64,000 bases of DNA from Candidatus Aenigmatarchaeota archaeon. GTDB taxonomy: Archaea; Aenigmatarchaeota; Aenigmatarchaeia; CG10238-14; SpSt-28. A program made the translations under genes and the position numbers. The notes under the pieces were generated by a model. The model made no database searches. It saw only the letters and a list, made by a program, of their open reading frames with translations, and was not told where the DNA came from. Of this stretch, positions 1 to 9,729 are shown piece by piece. The stretch is taken from contig JAVYPJ010000001.1 in the NCBI GenBank assembly GCA_038733315.1, forward strand, positions 71,863 to 135,862. The letters run 5' to 3'. The stretch's first letter is position 1, and each line of letters starts with the position of its first letter.

Positions 1-314
1 TAAAATTAAAAAATTATTTAGAGGTTGCTGAAAAAATTAAAGAATTAGAAAAAAACATAGTCTCAAAAGAAAAAGAAAGTTTGGAAAAAATAATAGAAAA
101 TATAAAGGAAGTTTCTGAAATGATTTTAGGAAAAAGGGAAGAAAAGAAAGAGATTGAAGAGTTGAAAAGTAAACTAGATGAAGTTAAAACGTCTCTAGAA
201 GAAGTTTCTAAAAAATTGGAAGAAAAGAAAACAGAAGAAGTAGAGATTGAAGCTGTAAATCATTCAGAGGAATCTGTAGAAGAAAGCGTTATAAAAGAAT
301 ATAAACCTCAATAA
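1..314 (+). CDS. Coiled-coil hypothetical protein, 5' partial
   Basis: Frame is open from the window edge to TAA at 314; E/K-rich heptad-like sequence. Confidence 0.6.
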   Translation, partial: KLKNYLEVAEKIKELEKNIVSKEKESLEKIIENIKEVSEMILGKREEKKEIEELKSKLDEVKTSLEEVSKKLEEKKTEEVEIEAVNHSEESVEESVIKEYKPQ

Positions 315-345
315 TTTTTTGATTTCTTATCCAAATAATTTATAT

Positions 346-431
346 GCGGGGGTCGCCTAGCCTGGTCAAGGGCGTCGGGTTTAGGACCCGATGGCGTAGA
401 GCCGTCGTGGGTTCAAATCCCACCCCCCGCA
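346..431 (+). tRNA. tRNA-Leu (UAG)
   Basis: Acceptor GCGGGGG/CCCCCGC+A; anticodon arm TCGGG-TTTAGGA-CCCGA; long variable arm; GTTCAAATC T-loop; CCA not encoded. Confidence 0.95.
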
Positions 432-621
432 TGACCAAAAATATATATTTTGAAAAATAGCAGACCGATTTTTCTATATAGCCTAATATACTTTCATATA
501 TATTTTTTGATGATATTTAAAACGTCCATAATATGTAATTTTTTATTAATACACAAAATACTCGACATATATATAACAATGTATATATAAAAAAGAAAAA
601 ATTGCAATGAAGAATTTGTAG

Positions 622-1608
622 TTAGATAAATGAATTTTTCTTTTCTCTCATAAACTCCTCTCTTAATTTATATTCTAAAAGTTTTTCAAAGTTTTTAATT
701 CCGACATTTCCGAAATTTAATTTTCTTGCATTTTTTAGTATTTTTTCTTTACTATCTAATTCGAATAATTCGTAGAATCCTTTTTCATAGATTTTTTTAG
801 AAATATATAAATTTTTAAATGGATGTTGGATAAAGAAGTAGTAAACATAAATTGGATATCTCATCCAAATACTTTTGGATTTAACAAAAAAAATCATATA
901 CAGCTCTAACATAGCCAAATAAACCAAGAAAGAAATGAAAAAAATGACATAATTGTATCTCGAAGTTTTTGAAAATAACCTATAGTATTTAAATTTATCT
1001 GGCGTATGTACTTCAATTTTTCTAAATGGTATGTCTGAAACGTATAATAACTTTGCTGGTAATTGAAAGGATTCTATTTTAGTATATCTTATAAGATATT
1101 TTTCAAAGACTTCCTTTAGAGTTTCCCTTCTTTTAATCTCTATAAAATATCTTTTACAATCTAACTCTTTATAATTTCTGGTCTTAATACTTATCAACCA
1201 ATGAATTACTCCTAGTGGATTTGCCACACCTTTTTTAAACAATCTAAAGAAATACGAGCCTTGAAGGATCTTATACGCATCGTATTTATCATTAATTAAT
1301 TTTTTTAAATCCTTTAGTAATCTCTTATTTGGGAAATCATCTGAGTCTAATTGAAGAATCCAATCGTATTTACATTCACTAATTCCAATTTTATAATAAA
1401 AATCTGCTATTCCAATAGGAGGTAGCCAAACTACTTTAACTTTCTTATATTTTTTTGATAAATTTTTCATTAACTTTTTTTGGTTTTTATCGGTAGAACT
1501 ATCTATGATTACTATTTCATCAACATATGGATAAAGAAGTTCTACCTTAGGTTTTACTAATTCGTATTCATTTATTGAAAAAATTAATGCTGAAATTTTA
1601 CTTTTCAC
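622..1608 (-). CDS. Glycosyltransferase family 2
   Basis: EIVIIDSSTD and WILQLDSDD (DxD) motifs; hydrophobic C-terminal segment. Confidence 0.85.
   Translation of the reverse strand: MKSKISALIFSINEYELVKPKVELLYPYVDEIVIIDSSTDKNQKKLMKNLSKKYKKVKVVWLPPIGIADFYYKIGISECKYDWILQLDSDDFPNKRLLKDLKKLINDKYDAYKILQGSYFFRLFKKGVANPLGVIHWLISIKTRNYKELDCKRYFIEIKRRETLKEVFEKYLIRYTKIESFQLPAKLLYVSDIPFRKIEVHTPDKFKYYRLFSKTSRYNYVIFFISFLVYLAMLELYMIFFVKSKSIWMRYPIYVYYFFIQHPFKNLYISKKIYEKGFYELFELDSKEKILKNARKLNFGNVGIKNFEKLLEYKLREEFMREKKNSFI
1346..1599. repeat. ~254-bp block shared with the GT2 paralogue at 4237-4490
   Basis: Manual alignment gives about 9 mismatches. Confidence 0.9.
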
Positions 1609-2267
1609 TTTCTAACAACAATAATTGCATGATCTTTTTGATACGGATCTAACTCAACTCTTTCGATTATTTTTAGATTTTTTTCCTTTAAATAATTTTC
1701 AACCTCTTTATAAACTTCCTTAGGTTTCTTAGTAACATCTATGCTTCTAGATTTTATAGCTATCATTCCATAACAACTCTCTTTTCCAAACTTTTCGATA
1801 TTATCTATAAAAATTCTCGCTTCATCCTGCTGAGCAACATCACAATAAACAAAATCTACTTTCTCTAAAATTAGAAAAGAATAAGTTTCTGGTTTTCTTG
1901 CATCTGCTAATATGGGAACTATGTTTTTTCTTTTTTCAGCTAATATTTTTAATTTTGCTAAAGGAACTTCGCTAATTTCAATTCCATATATAATTCCATT
2001 AATAGCTATGTCGCTAAAATGAGAAGCAGTAGTTCCGCTGGCAATTCCTAAATATAAAATTTTGGAATTTTTAGTTATTGAAAAATTTTTTAATCCATTT
2101 TTTAGTGCAGCAGCTGGTTTAGACCTATAATGATCCCAAAATCTATATTCTTCGTTATTTATCTTTACTAATTTTTCTCCGTATACACTTTCCCCTTTAA
2201 CCAAATTTTTTGTATAGTAATCATTATTTATCTTATATACACCTTCAAATATTTCTTTTATTTTCAT
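1605..2267 (-). CDS. flpA: Fibrillarin-like rRNA/tRNA 2'-O-methyltransferase
   Basis: VYGEK, YRFWDHYRSK, LYLGIASGTTASH, DVAQ motifs. Confidence 0.95.
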   Translation of the reverse strand: MKIKEIFEGVYKINNDYYTKNLVKGESVYGEKLVKINNEEYRFWDHYRSKPAAALKNGLKNFSITKNSKILYLGIASGTTASHFSDIAINGIIYGIEISEVPLAKLKILAEKRKNIVPILADARKPETYSFLILEKVDFVYCDVAQQDEARIFIDNIEKFGKESCYGMIAIKSRSIDVTKKPKEVYKEVENYLKEKNLKIIERVELDPYQKDHAIIVVRK

Positions 2268-3277
2268 TTTTCTGATAGTATTTCCTTTATTCTTAAATCT
2301 AATTCTTCCTTTAACTTTTCATTTTTTTTCTTGCTAAAATAATCTAATTTAGCTGCCTTTGCTAAATAATTAGCTAAAACTCTTGAAACTTTTCCTCTTA
2401 ATTTTTTTGGCGCTTGCTGAATATATGGATGAATAAATATATATCCATGCTTAGGACTTTTGCCCTTGCCTCTCAAAAATCTAAACAATGCTTTTTCTGC
2501 TCCAACTAATTGAATTCTTGTGGACGGACTTTTTGCAATTTTTTCTAAACTTCCTATTCCTTTTATTAGTTTTGCTACTAATTTATAGCCAGCAAGCATA
2601 GTTAAATTTGGAGCGTATTCGCTAACAATTTTTTCTAGTCTTTTTTCTAATTCATTATTAAATTCAATTAAATCTAAAATCTTTAGAGCAAAGTATTTTA
2701 TAAATTCTAATAATTCTTCGCTAATTTCGCTTCCAACACTTTTTAAAGCTAATTCTTTATCTATGCTCTCTCTTTTTGGATTTTTTGCCAAAGTTTTAAC
2801 AAACTTTTCTATTGAAGTTTCTTTCTCAACATATTCCGGAAAATATATTTGATAAATTCTTCTTAACCTTTCTACTAATAAATTAATAATTTTTTCATTA
2901 TCTTCTATTGCTTGAATTAACTGAGAAATTATTCTATCTAATACTCTTTGCTCAGCTTCTAATTTTAATAACTTTTCACTAATTTTTTTACTTTTTTCAA
3001 TAATTTCTTCTCTTGAAATTTTTAAATTATTTACTAAAAAATTTAGAATTATTTCGCTAAAATCTTTTTGTTCATATTTATAACCAAGTTTCGGATATGT
3101 AAAAATTATTTCTTCGTTTAAATCTTTAATAAATTCCTTTTCAAAATCGCTTAATTCTTCTTTTTTAATTTCTAAGATTAAGTTTATTTGATTTTCATCA
3201 AAAAGTTTATACTTTATTATTTCATTTTTTTCATTAATTGCATATATTCCTACAGCATTAATCGAAACGTATATCAT
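2264..3277 (-). CDS. nop5: Box C/D RNP protein Nop5
   Basis: APNLT, PSTRIQLVGAEKALF, SPKHG; coupled to fibrillarin. Confidence 0.93.
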   Translation of the reverse strand: MIYVSINAVGIYAINEKNEIIKYKLFDENQINLILEIKKEELSDFEKEFIKDLNEEIIFTYPKLGYKYEQKDFSEIILNFLVNNLKISREEIIEKSKKISEKLLKLEAEQRVLDRIISQLIQAIEDNEKIINLLVERLRRIYQIYFPEYVEKETSIEKFVKTLAKNPKRESIDKELALKSVGSEISEELLEFIKYFALKILDLIEFNNELEKRLEKIVSEYAPNLTMLAGYKLVAKLIKGIGSLEKIAKSPSTRIQLVGAEKALFRFLRGKGKSPKHGYIFIHPYIQQAPKKLRGKVSRVLANYLAKAAKLDYFSKKKNEKLKEELDLRIKEILSEK

Positions 3278-3306
3278 AAAAAATATAACAACATAAATTT
3301 AAAGTT

Positions 3307-3534
3307 ATGGAAAGCTTGTTTTTAATCGGCTTAAGTCTAATTTTTATTGGAATATTCCTTATATTTTTATCAATAATTTTGCATAGCAAAAAAGAGGTAA
3401 AAAGTGAAGGTGGATTTGTAATAGTTGTTTGGCCTTTTTTTGTTGCTGGCGGAAACGAAAAAATTGTTCCAATTTTATTAACATTGGCTATAATTTTATC
3501 AATTATTCTTTTTGCATTCTTTCTCTTAAGATAG
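3307..3534 (+). CDS. Small archaeal membrane protein (DUF131/TIGR00304-like)
   Basis: Two hydrophobic helices around a GGFVIVVWPF motif. Confidence 0.7.
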   Translation: MESLFLIGLSLIFIGIFLIFLSIILHSKKEVKSEGGFVIVVWPFFVAGGNEKIVPILLTLAIILSIILFAFFLLR

Positions 3535-4499
3535 CCTCCTTTAATCCGTTATCTAAAAGTTTTTTAAAATTTTCTAAACTATCGTTATTTAGATTTAATC
3601 TTTTTGATAATTTTATTACTTCTTTTTTATTTTCTATTTTTAAGAATTTAAAAACTCCTATTTTGTATTGAAAATTATAAATTAAGTATTTATAATGAAA
3701 ATTTTGAAAAGAAATAGAGTTGAATACTTTATCCAATTTACATTAAATTTCTTCTCTCTTTTTATTAATAAAATAACATAAGAGTAGTTCCATAGTATTA
3801 TCAAAATAGCGAAGCCAAATTTACCTAATTTGAATAAATAATATACAAATTTTTTAATTGCATTAAAGTATTTTGAATATTCAAACCATAAGTATGCATT
3901 TCTATTAAAGAAAAAAGTATTTTTGTTCCAATCTGAGATAATTCTATAGTATTGTAAATAGCTCCTTTTTCTACAGGATTTCCGCATACTATATTTCTAT
4001 GCTTATGTTCTATGAAGTATTTTATAGTATTCAATTCTATATAATTTTTTGAAGAAGATGCCATTACCCAATGAATTAATCCAGTTGGATATGCGACATC
4101 TTTCTTAATTAATCTAAATAGAAATTCTCTAGATTCTTTATTCCTATACTTTCTATAAATTTTATACGCATCATATTTATCATTAATTAATTTTCTTAAA
4201 TCTTTTAGTAATTTCTTGTTTGGAACGTCATCTGCATCTAATTGAAGAATCCAATCGTATTTACATTCATTAATTCCAATTTTATAATAAAAATCTGCTA
4301 TTCCAATAGGAGGTAGCCAAACTACTTTAACTTTCTTATATTTTTTTGATAAATTTTTCATTAACTTTTTTTGATTTTTATCAGTAGAACTATCTATGAT
4401 TACTATTTCATCAACATATGGATAAAGAATTTCTACTTTAGGTTTTACCAATTCATATTCATTTATTGAAAATATTAATGCCGAAATTTTTTTATGCGT
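3503..4499 (-). pseudogene. Disrupted GT2 paralogue of 622-1608
   Basis: Homology to the intact copy runs through three frames (ORFs 3825-4574, 3682-3987, 3503-3736); ACG at the position of the start codon (4497-4499). Confidence 0.8.
4237..4490. repeat. Second copy of the ~254-bp GT2 5' block
   Basis: Near-identical to 1346-1599. Confidence 0.9.
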
Positions 4500-4901
4500 G
4501 AATAAATATAAATAAATACAAATTTTAAAATCGTCACTCCTCAATTCAAAAATAATGTTTAATTGTACTACCAAAACATTCGATATTTACACGAAAAAAA
4601 TTACCCCTTAGACCATAGAGCCTTATAGAAAAGTAATATTATAAAATTATAAAATTATATTTTAAGCATTCAACCAGATTTTATATTTTAGTTTTCCGCA
4701 CAAGCATAAAACACATGTAACATTGACTATCTATTAATCTAGCTAGATGAGACAAATTAATTAAACTAAAATCTTAAACTTGTCATTAGCTATAAGCTTT
4801 AAAACTATTTAAAATATTATTACCAATCTTTCTATTTTTCATCTGAGTTTTAAGAGAAAGAGCTTAAATTTTTAAATATTAAAATTTGACCAGATTAATT
4901 T

Positions 4902-5948
4902 ATGAAATTTATTATAGTCAGTAGACTAGAAAAAATTAAAAATATTGAGATTGTTATAAAAGTTTTTAACAAATTAAAAGACGATGAACTATGGATAGTA
5001 GGAAAAGGAAAATATGAAAACGAATTAAAAAAATTGACTAAAGCGAAAAATATAAGATTTTTTGGATTTGTCGATGAAAGAACATTAAAAAAAATATATA
5101 AAGAGGCGGATGTATGTATAATGCCACATATTAATGAGCCTTTTGGATTAGTCCCATATGAAATAGCAAAATTTGGTAAACCAAGTATTATTAGTAAATT
5201 AAGTGGAATTGCAGGTTTAGCAAAAGAATATAAATTTGGATTAATTTTTGATCCATATGATGAATACGATCTATTAGAAAAAATTAAAACTATAAAAATT
5301 AATAAGATTTATAAGCAACTAAGTAAAAATGCCAATAACCTTAAAAAATATATTAATCCGAATACTGAATTTAAAAAATTTTTAAAATACATACCAAAAA
5401 ACACTAAAAAAATTCTAATAATTCATTCTCAGTTTATTGAAATTGGTGGGTCGGAAAAGTCTATTTTGGGTTTATATAAGAGGCTTAAAAAGAAGTATAA
5501 TTGCGAACTTTACTTCGAATTGGATAGAAACTCTAAAAAATGGAAAGTTTTATATAAATCAAAGATAAAGAAGGTTGCATATATCTTTAGAATTTTTAAC
5601 TCACTGAGTAATTTAATTGAAAAAATTAAAAATAACGATATAATAATAGTTTCACTAACCGGAAATATTCTATCCATACCTGCCTACTGGTCAAGTTTAA
5701 TTCTAGGTAATATTACTAATAGAAAAATCATTATTTATTTACACGAGCCACCACTAAGTTTTTGGTCTCTTAAAAAAATCGAAAGAACTTTACTATCTCC
5801 AATAATATTTTTAGATTGTTTATTAACAAAAATTTTACTTCAAAATAATTTTATGGTAATAGCGAATTCTGGTTTTTCAAAAAAATATTTTATTAAAAGA
5901 TATAAAAAAATGGTAAAAACTGTTGTTTATCCTATTTTTTATCTATGA
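4902..5948 (+). CDS. GT4 (GT-B) glycosyltransferase with swapped domain order
   Basis: Donor-domain motifs (VSRLEKIKN, EPFGLVPYE) precede acceptor-domain motifs (KILIIH..IGGSE, HEP, IANS, VVYP). Confidence 0.85.
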   Translation: MKFIIVSRLEKIKNIEIVIKVFNKLKDDELWIVGKGKYENELKKLTKAKNIRFFGFVDERTLKKIYKEADVCIMPHINEPFGLVPYEIAKFGKPSIISKLSGIAGLAKEYKFGLIFDPYDEYDLLEKIKTIKINKIYKQLSKNANNLKKYINPNTEFKKFLKYIPKNTKKILIIHSQFIEIGGSEKSILGLYKRLKKKYNCELYFELDRNSKKWKVLYKSKIKKVAYIFRIFNSLSNLIEKIKNNDIIIVSLTGNILSIPAYWSSLILGNITNRKIIIYLHEPPLSFWSLKKIERTLLSPIIFLDCLLTKILLQNNFMVIANSGFSKKYFIKRYKKMVKTVVYPIFYL

Positions 5949-5954
5949 CGAAAT

Positions 5955-7277
5955 ATGAGCAAAGATAGAATAACTATTATTTCTTGTCCTGTTGAATATG
6001 GACTTGGTGGAGGAGCAAAAAGAGAATACTATGTTATAAAAGAGTCCATGAACTATATAGATATGGAGCTTTATTTTCCATTTAGATATATTGTTGAGAT
6101 TGCTCTTCTTAAAGAGAATAACCCAAAAATAGTTGAATATACTATAAGATCATTAGAAAATTTAGAAAATAGAGGATTACTTGTACCTAACAACATTTTT
6201 CGTTTACTAGAAAATGAAATTTACTTAGATTTTCTATGCAAAAAATTTATGAAACACAAAAAAATAAATCTTTTAACCTATACCCTAAATTTAGAAAAGT
6301 TCGAATCAACATTCCTAGAAAAAATTATAAAAAACAGAGAACTAAATCCTGAAAAATCACAAAAAATATATATTCCTCACGAGCTTTTTGAATTTATATT
6401 TCCAGGATATTTTATTGCAAAAAAATATAATAAAGATGTTTTCATCCTTTTACAGGAATCCCCTTTTTTAAGAATAATAACTTTTTATAGATTTTTTAAA
6501 TACAACGCGCCATCAACAATAATTTATAAGTATAATGGAGAAAAGAGTAAAAAAATTTTAATTTATCTTAACAAAAATAACTATCTTAAAAAAATTTTAG
6601 CAGTTTCTTACGCACCAATAATCTTGAGTAATCTAAATAATTATTTAGATAATTATAAAGTTTTGAAAATAGGAAACGCGTTTAACAAAAAACTATTGAA
6701 ATTTAGAAAATTTAAAAAAGAAAACTATCTTGTTTTTTATGCTAGATTGGTTCCAGAAAAAGGTATACTAGAGATTCCACCTATAGTAAATGAAATTAAA
6801 AAGGTTTTTGAAGATGTTAAATTATTTGTAATCGGCAGCTTCACAAAACCGTCTGTAAAAACCCAATTTTTAAACTTAGTTAAAAAATTGAAATTAGAGA
6901 ATAATATAATTTTAACAGGATTTTTAAATGAAAAAAAATTATATAAAATAGTTTCGAAAGCTAAAGCACTAATATATCCATCGCATCAGGATGCATATCC
7001 TCTAGTTATTTTAGAAAGCTTGGCATTAGGAACTAGTGTAGTAGTTTATGATATTCCAGCAATTTTATTGAAATATAGAAAGCTTAGACCCGTTAAAATT
7101 GTTAAAGAAGGGAGTATAAAAGAAATGGCAAAAAAAGCTATTGAAATTTTAAATCAAAATTTAAATGAATACAAAGAAGAGCATAATGATAAAAATACAT
7201 TAAATTTTTTAAATTTACATAGTAGTTGGAAAAATGTTGCTCTAGAAGAGTTAAAGGAGCTTGGATTTAAAATATAA
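5955..7277 (+). CDS. GT4 glycosyltransferase, normal domain order
   Basis: N-terminal GGGAKR; C-terminal YARLVPEKG and PSHQDAYPLVILESLALG. Confidence 0.88.
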   Translation: MSKDRITIISCPVEYGLGGGAKREYYVIKESMNYIDMELYFPFRYIVEIALLKENNPKIVEYTIRSLENLENRGLLVPNNIFRLLENEIYLDFLCKKFMKHKKINLLTYTLNLEKFESTFLEKIIKNRELNPEKSQKIYIPHELFEFIFPGYFIAKKYNKDVFILLQESPFLRIITFYRFFKYNAPSTIIYKYNGEKSKKILIYLNKNNYLKKILAVSYAPIILSNLNNYLDNYKVLKIGNAFNKKLLKFRKFKKENYLVFYARLVPEKGILEIPPIVNEIKKVFEDVKLFVIGSFTKPSVKTQFLNLVKKLKLENNIILTGFLNEKKLYKIVSKAKALIYPSHQDAYPLVILESLALGTSVVVYDIPAILLKYRKLRPVKIVKEGSIKEMAKKAIEILNQNLNEYKEEHNDKNTLNFLNLHSSWKNVALEELKELGFKI

Positions 7278-8085
7278 AATATTTACATCAGGATAGATAT
7301 GTGAAATAATCTTTTTAAGCTGAAACCCATTTTTAATAAATTTCCCAAATATTAATCTAGAAATTTCTAATGAATGACATTCTATAATCCATTCAGAAAT
7401 TTGTTTTATTAAATCGTCGTCTACAAAAACTAGAAACTTTTCACAACCTTCGCAATCTATTTTAGCTATATCTACTTTTTCCTTAATTGCTTTTTTCTAG
7501 GACTTCTTTCCAACATATACACTTAACTTTTATTTCTTTTGGTTTGTTTACTTTATTTTTAAATAGTGATAATTCACCATATCCATATTCGCTTTCCTCA
7601 ACTATAAATTTCATTATGCCGCTTTCTTTACAAACTGCATAAGGATATATTTTGCAATTAATATTGAATTTTTTAATAATCTTATTAGCAAATTCTACAT
7701 TTTCTTTGATTGGTTCATATGCTATAATCCTTTTGGCTCCAAGCTTATGAAAAAGTAAAATGCTATCTCCTATCCATGCACCAACATCCAAAACAACTCT
7801 ATTTTTAAATTTTATACCAAAATTTAGATAATCCAAAACATCTGTATTTATTTTTCCGTATTTAAGATAATAATAGTAATTAATGTTTATATGTTCTATT
7901 AGTTTTTTATAATTAAACTCATAAATTTCCTCGTTAAGATAAAATCTATATTTTTTCTGTCTAAAAATTAATGATTTTAGAAAATTCAAAAAATTTATAA
8001 AGATATATATATTTTTTGCAAAAATACAGAATAAATATACATCTCTTAGAAAATAAAAAAATTTTCTCCTAACGTTTTTTATCAT
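7251..8085 (-). pseudogene. FkbM-family SAM methyltransferase, frameshifted at an A6 run
   Basis: LDVGAWIGDS and YEP in ORF 7483-8085; KIDCEGCE and the C-terminus lie in the next frame (7490 to 7251); extra base in run 7491-7496. Confidence 0.85.
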
Positions 8086-8094
8086 TTTTATTTC

Positions 8095-8694
8095 TTATAT
8101 TCTTTCTTTAACTTCCCTTAATTTTTCCAAAACCGAATTAATGGCTTCTTCAAATAACTCTTCTGGTTTATGAAAACTCGTTGTTTCAATATTAAAAATA
8201 ACTTCAGAATCATTATAAGAATATCCACAATTTCCTGCTTGCCATTTTGCATGCTCTTTTCCTAAGCCAAGCTGAGCAATAGCTTCTAATTCTAATTCTT
8301 CATCTTCATTTAAATAAGTAATTGGAATTCTATCATATAATGGCTTAACTTTTTCATCACTACTTTTTAAATCTTCACTATAAACATATCCTGGTCCTTT
8401 TTTATAAAGATATAATTTTACTTGACATTTTACACAACCTTTTCCTTCGCAATCGCATTTATTTGGTAAAGTATGAAAATTTTTATCGAAAGTTAGCGGA
8501 ATTAAACCTAATCTATGAGCAATTGCTTCATCTGGCAAAACGCTATCATTTTTATAAAAATCTACCCATTCAATAGCCATAGTAGGTATTTCTGAAATTA
8601 TTGCTCTTCTTATCATAGCTGCAATTCCAGGAGTAATTCCAATTACTTTAATTTTTATTTCATCGTTACTTTTTTCTATTATTTTTATTTCCAT
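8095..8694 (-). CDS. rpoD: RNA polymerase subunit Rpo3/D
   Basis: IRRAIISEIPTMAIE, NDSVLPDEAIAHRLGLIPL, HAKWQ. Confidence 0.95.
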   Translation of the reverse strand: MEIKIIEKSNDEIKIKVIGITPGIAAMIRRAIISEIPTMAIEWVDFYKNDSVLPDEAIAHRLGLIPLTFDKNFHTLPNKCDCEGKGCVKCQVKLYLYKKGPGYVYSEDLKSSDEKVKPLYDRIPITYLNEDEELELEAIAQLGLGKEHAKWQAGNCGYSYNDSEVIFNIETTSFHKPEELFEEAINSVLEKLREVKERI

Positions 8695-8736
8695 AAAGTA
8701 TTTCAATTAAACTTTAAATAAATATGTAAATGTAAG

Positions 8737-9213
8737 CTATCTAATAATGCCCAAATTTTTAATTAAATAATATGCTAAATAAGTTTTTAAATCCTTAGAA
8801 TTTTTTAGCTTTTCTATCTCAAAAAATTTTATTTCTTTTATTTCTCTTTCGTTAAAACCACTAACCTTTTTTAAATCGTATGCTAAGAAAAAATGAAATA
8901 TTTCGTCAGAAAACGCTGGAGAAACAAAAAAACTTCCAATTTTCTTTATTTTTCCAATATAACCTGTCTCTTCTAATAGCTCCCTTTTCGCTGCCTTTAA
9001 AATAGATTCTTTATTTTCTACCTTTCCAGCTGGTAATTCCCATAAATATCTTTTAATTGGAAATCTGTATTGCTTAACTAAAATTACTTTATTATTTTCT
9101 ATTAAAGGAATTATTACTACTGCATTAGGAATTTTTATAAATTCTATTGTTTTGCTCCCTTTTTTATATAAGAAAAGTGAAATGTATTTGCCCCTATACT
9201 TTAACTTTTTCAC
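8737..9213 (-). CDS. Nudix hydrolase (ADP-ribose pyrophosphatase-like)
   Basis: QYRFP and WELPAG...AAKRELLEETGY Nudix box. Confidence 0.92.
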   Translation of the reverse strand: MKKLKYRGKYISLFLYKKGSKTIEFIKIPNAVVIIPLIENNKVILVKQYRFPIKRYLWELPAGKVENKESILKAAKRELLEETGYIGKIKKIGSFFVSPAFSDEIFHFFLAYDLKKVSGFNEREIKEIKFFEIEKLKNSKDLKTYLAYYLIKNLGIIR

Positions 9214-9641
9214 TTCTTAATTAAGCTAAGAATAAAATTTTTCAAAATATTAGTTCCAGAATTTTCAAATTTTTTTGTTAATAAAAATAATTGAAGAGCT
9301 ATTAAAATTAGATTTATAGGTACGGTATAATTTGCTAAGGGTAAGAATATTATATTAAGAAAAATTCCGATACAAAAACCTATTTTAACTAAGAATTCCA
9401 ACCTTAAAATAAGAATTCCCGTCAATATTTCTAAAATACTAATACTCAGAACTACTAAGAAAGAGTTTGGCAGCACATAATTCTTTATGATTTCAGAATA
9501 AAATCCTATTAAACAAGTTTCAGAAAAGGATTTTATCATATTTTCTGCTTCAAAAAATGATAATGGAATTTTTAAAATTCCAGCAACAATCCACATTAAT
9601 CCCAAAAATATTCTTAAAATTTCGATAACTTTTTTATCCAT
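9210..9641 (-). CDS. DoxX/DoxD-like membrane protein
   Basis: LRIFLGLMWIVAGILK and EILTGILIL motifs. Confidence 0.7.
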   Translation of the reverse strand: MDKKVIEILRIFLGLMWIVAGILKIPLSFFEAENMIKSFSETCLIGFYSEIIKNYVLPNSFLVVLSISILEILTGILILRLEFLVKIGFCIGIFLNIIFLPLANYTVPINLILIALQLFLLTKKFENSGTNILKNFILSLIKK

Positions 9642-9729
9642 AAAACATATTTAGCTATTTTTCATATAAATACCTTTTCAATAAAACATAAGCTAAAATT
9701 AGATATAAAATAAAACTATTTTCATAATA

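Noticed and set aside
3825..4574. 249-aa ORF as an intact GT2 with N-terminal extension
   Set aside because: Homology starts at 4499 and continues past the stop in other frames; treated as part of a pseudogene.
4575..4901. Long intergenic region with weak inverted repeats (about 4738-4792)
   Set aside because: Imperfect and AT-rich; compatible with chance or divergent promoters.
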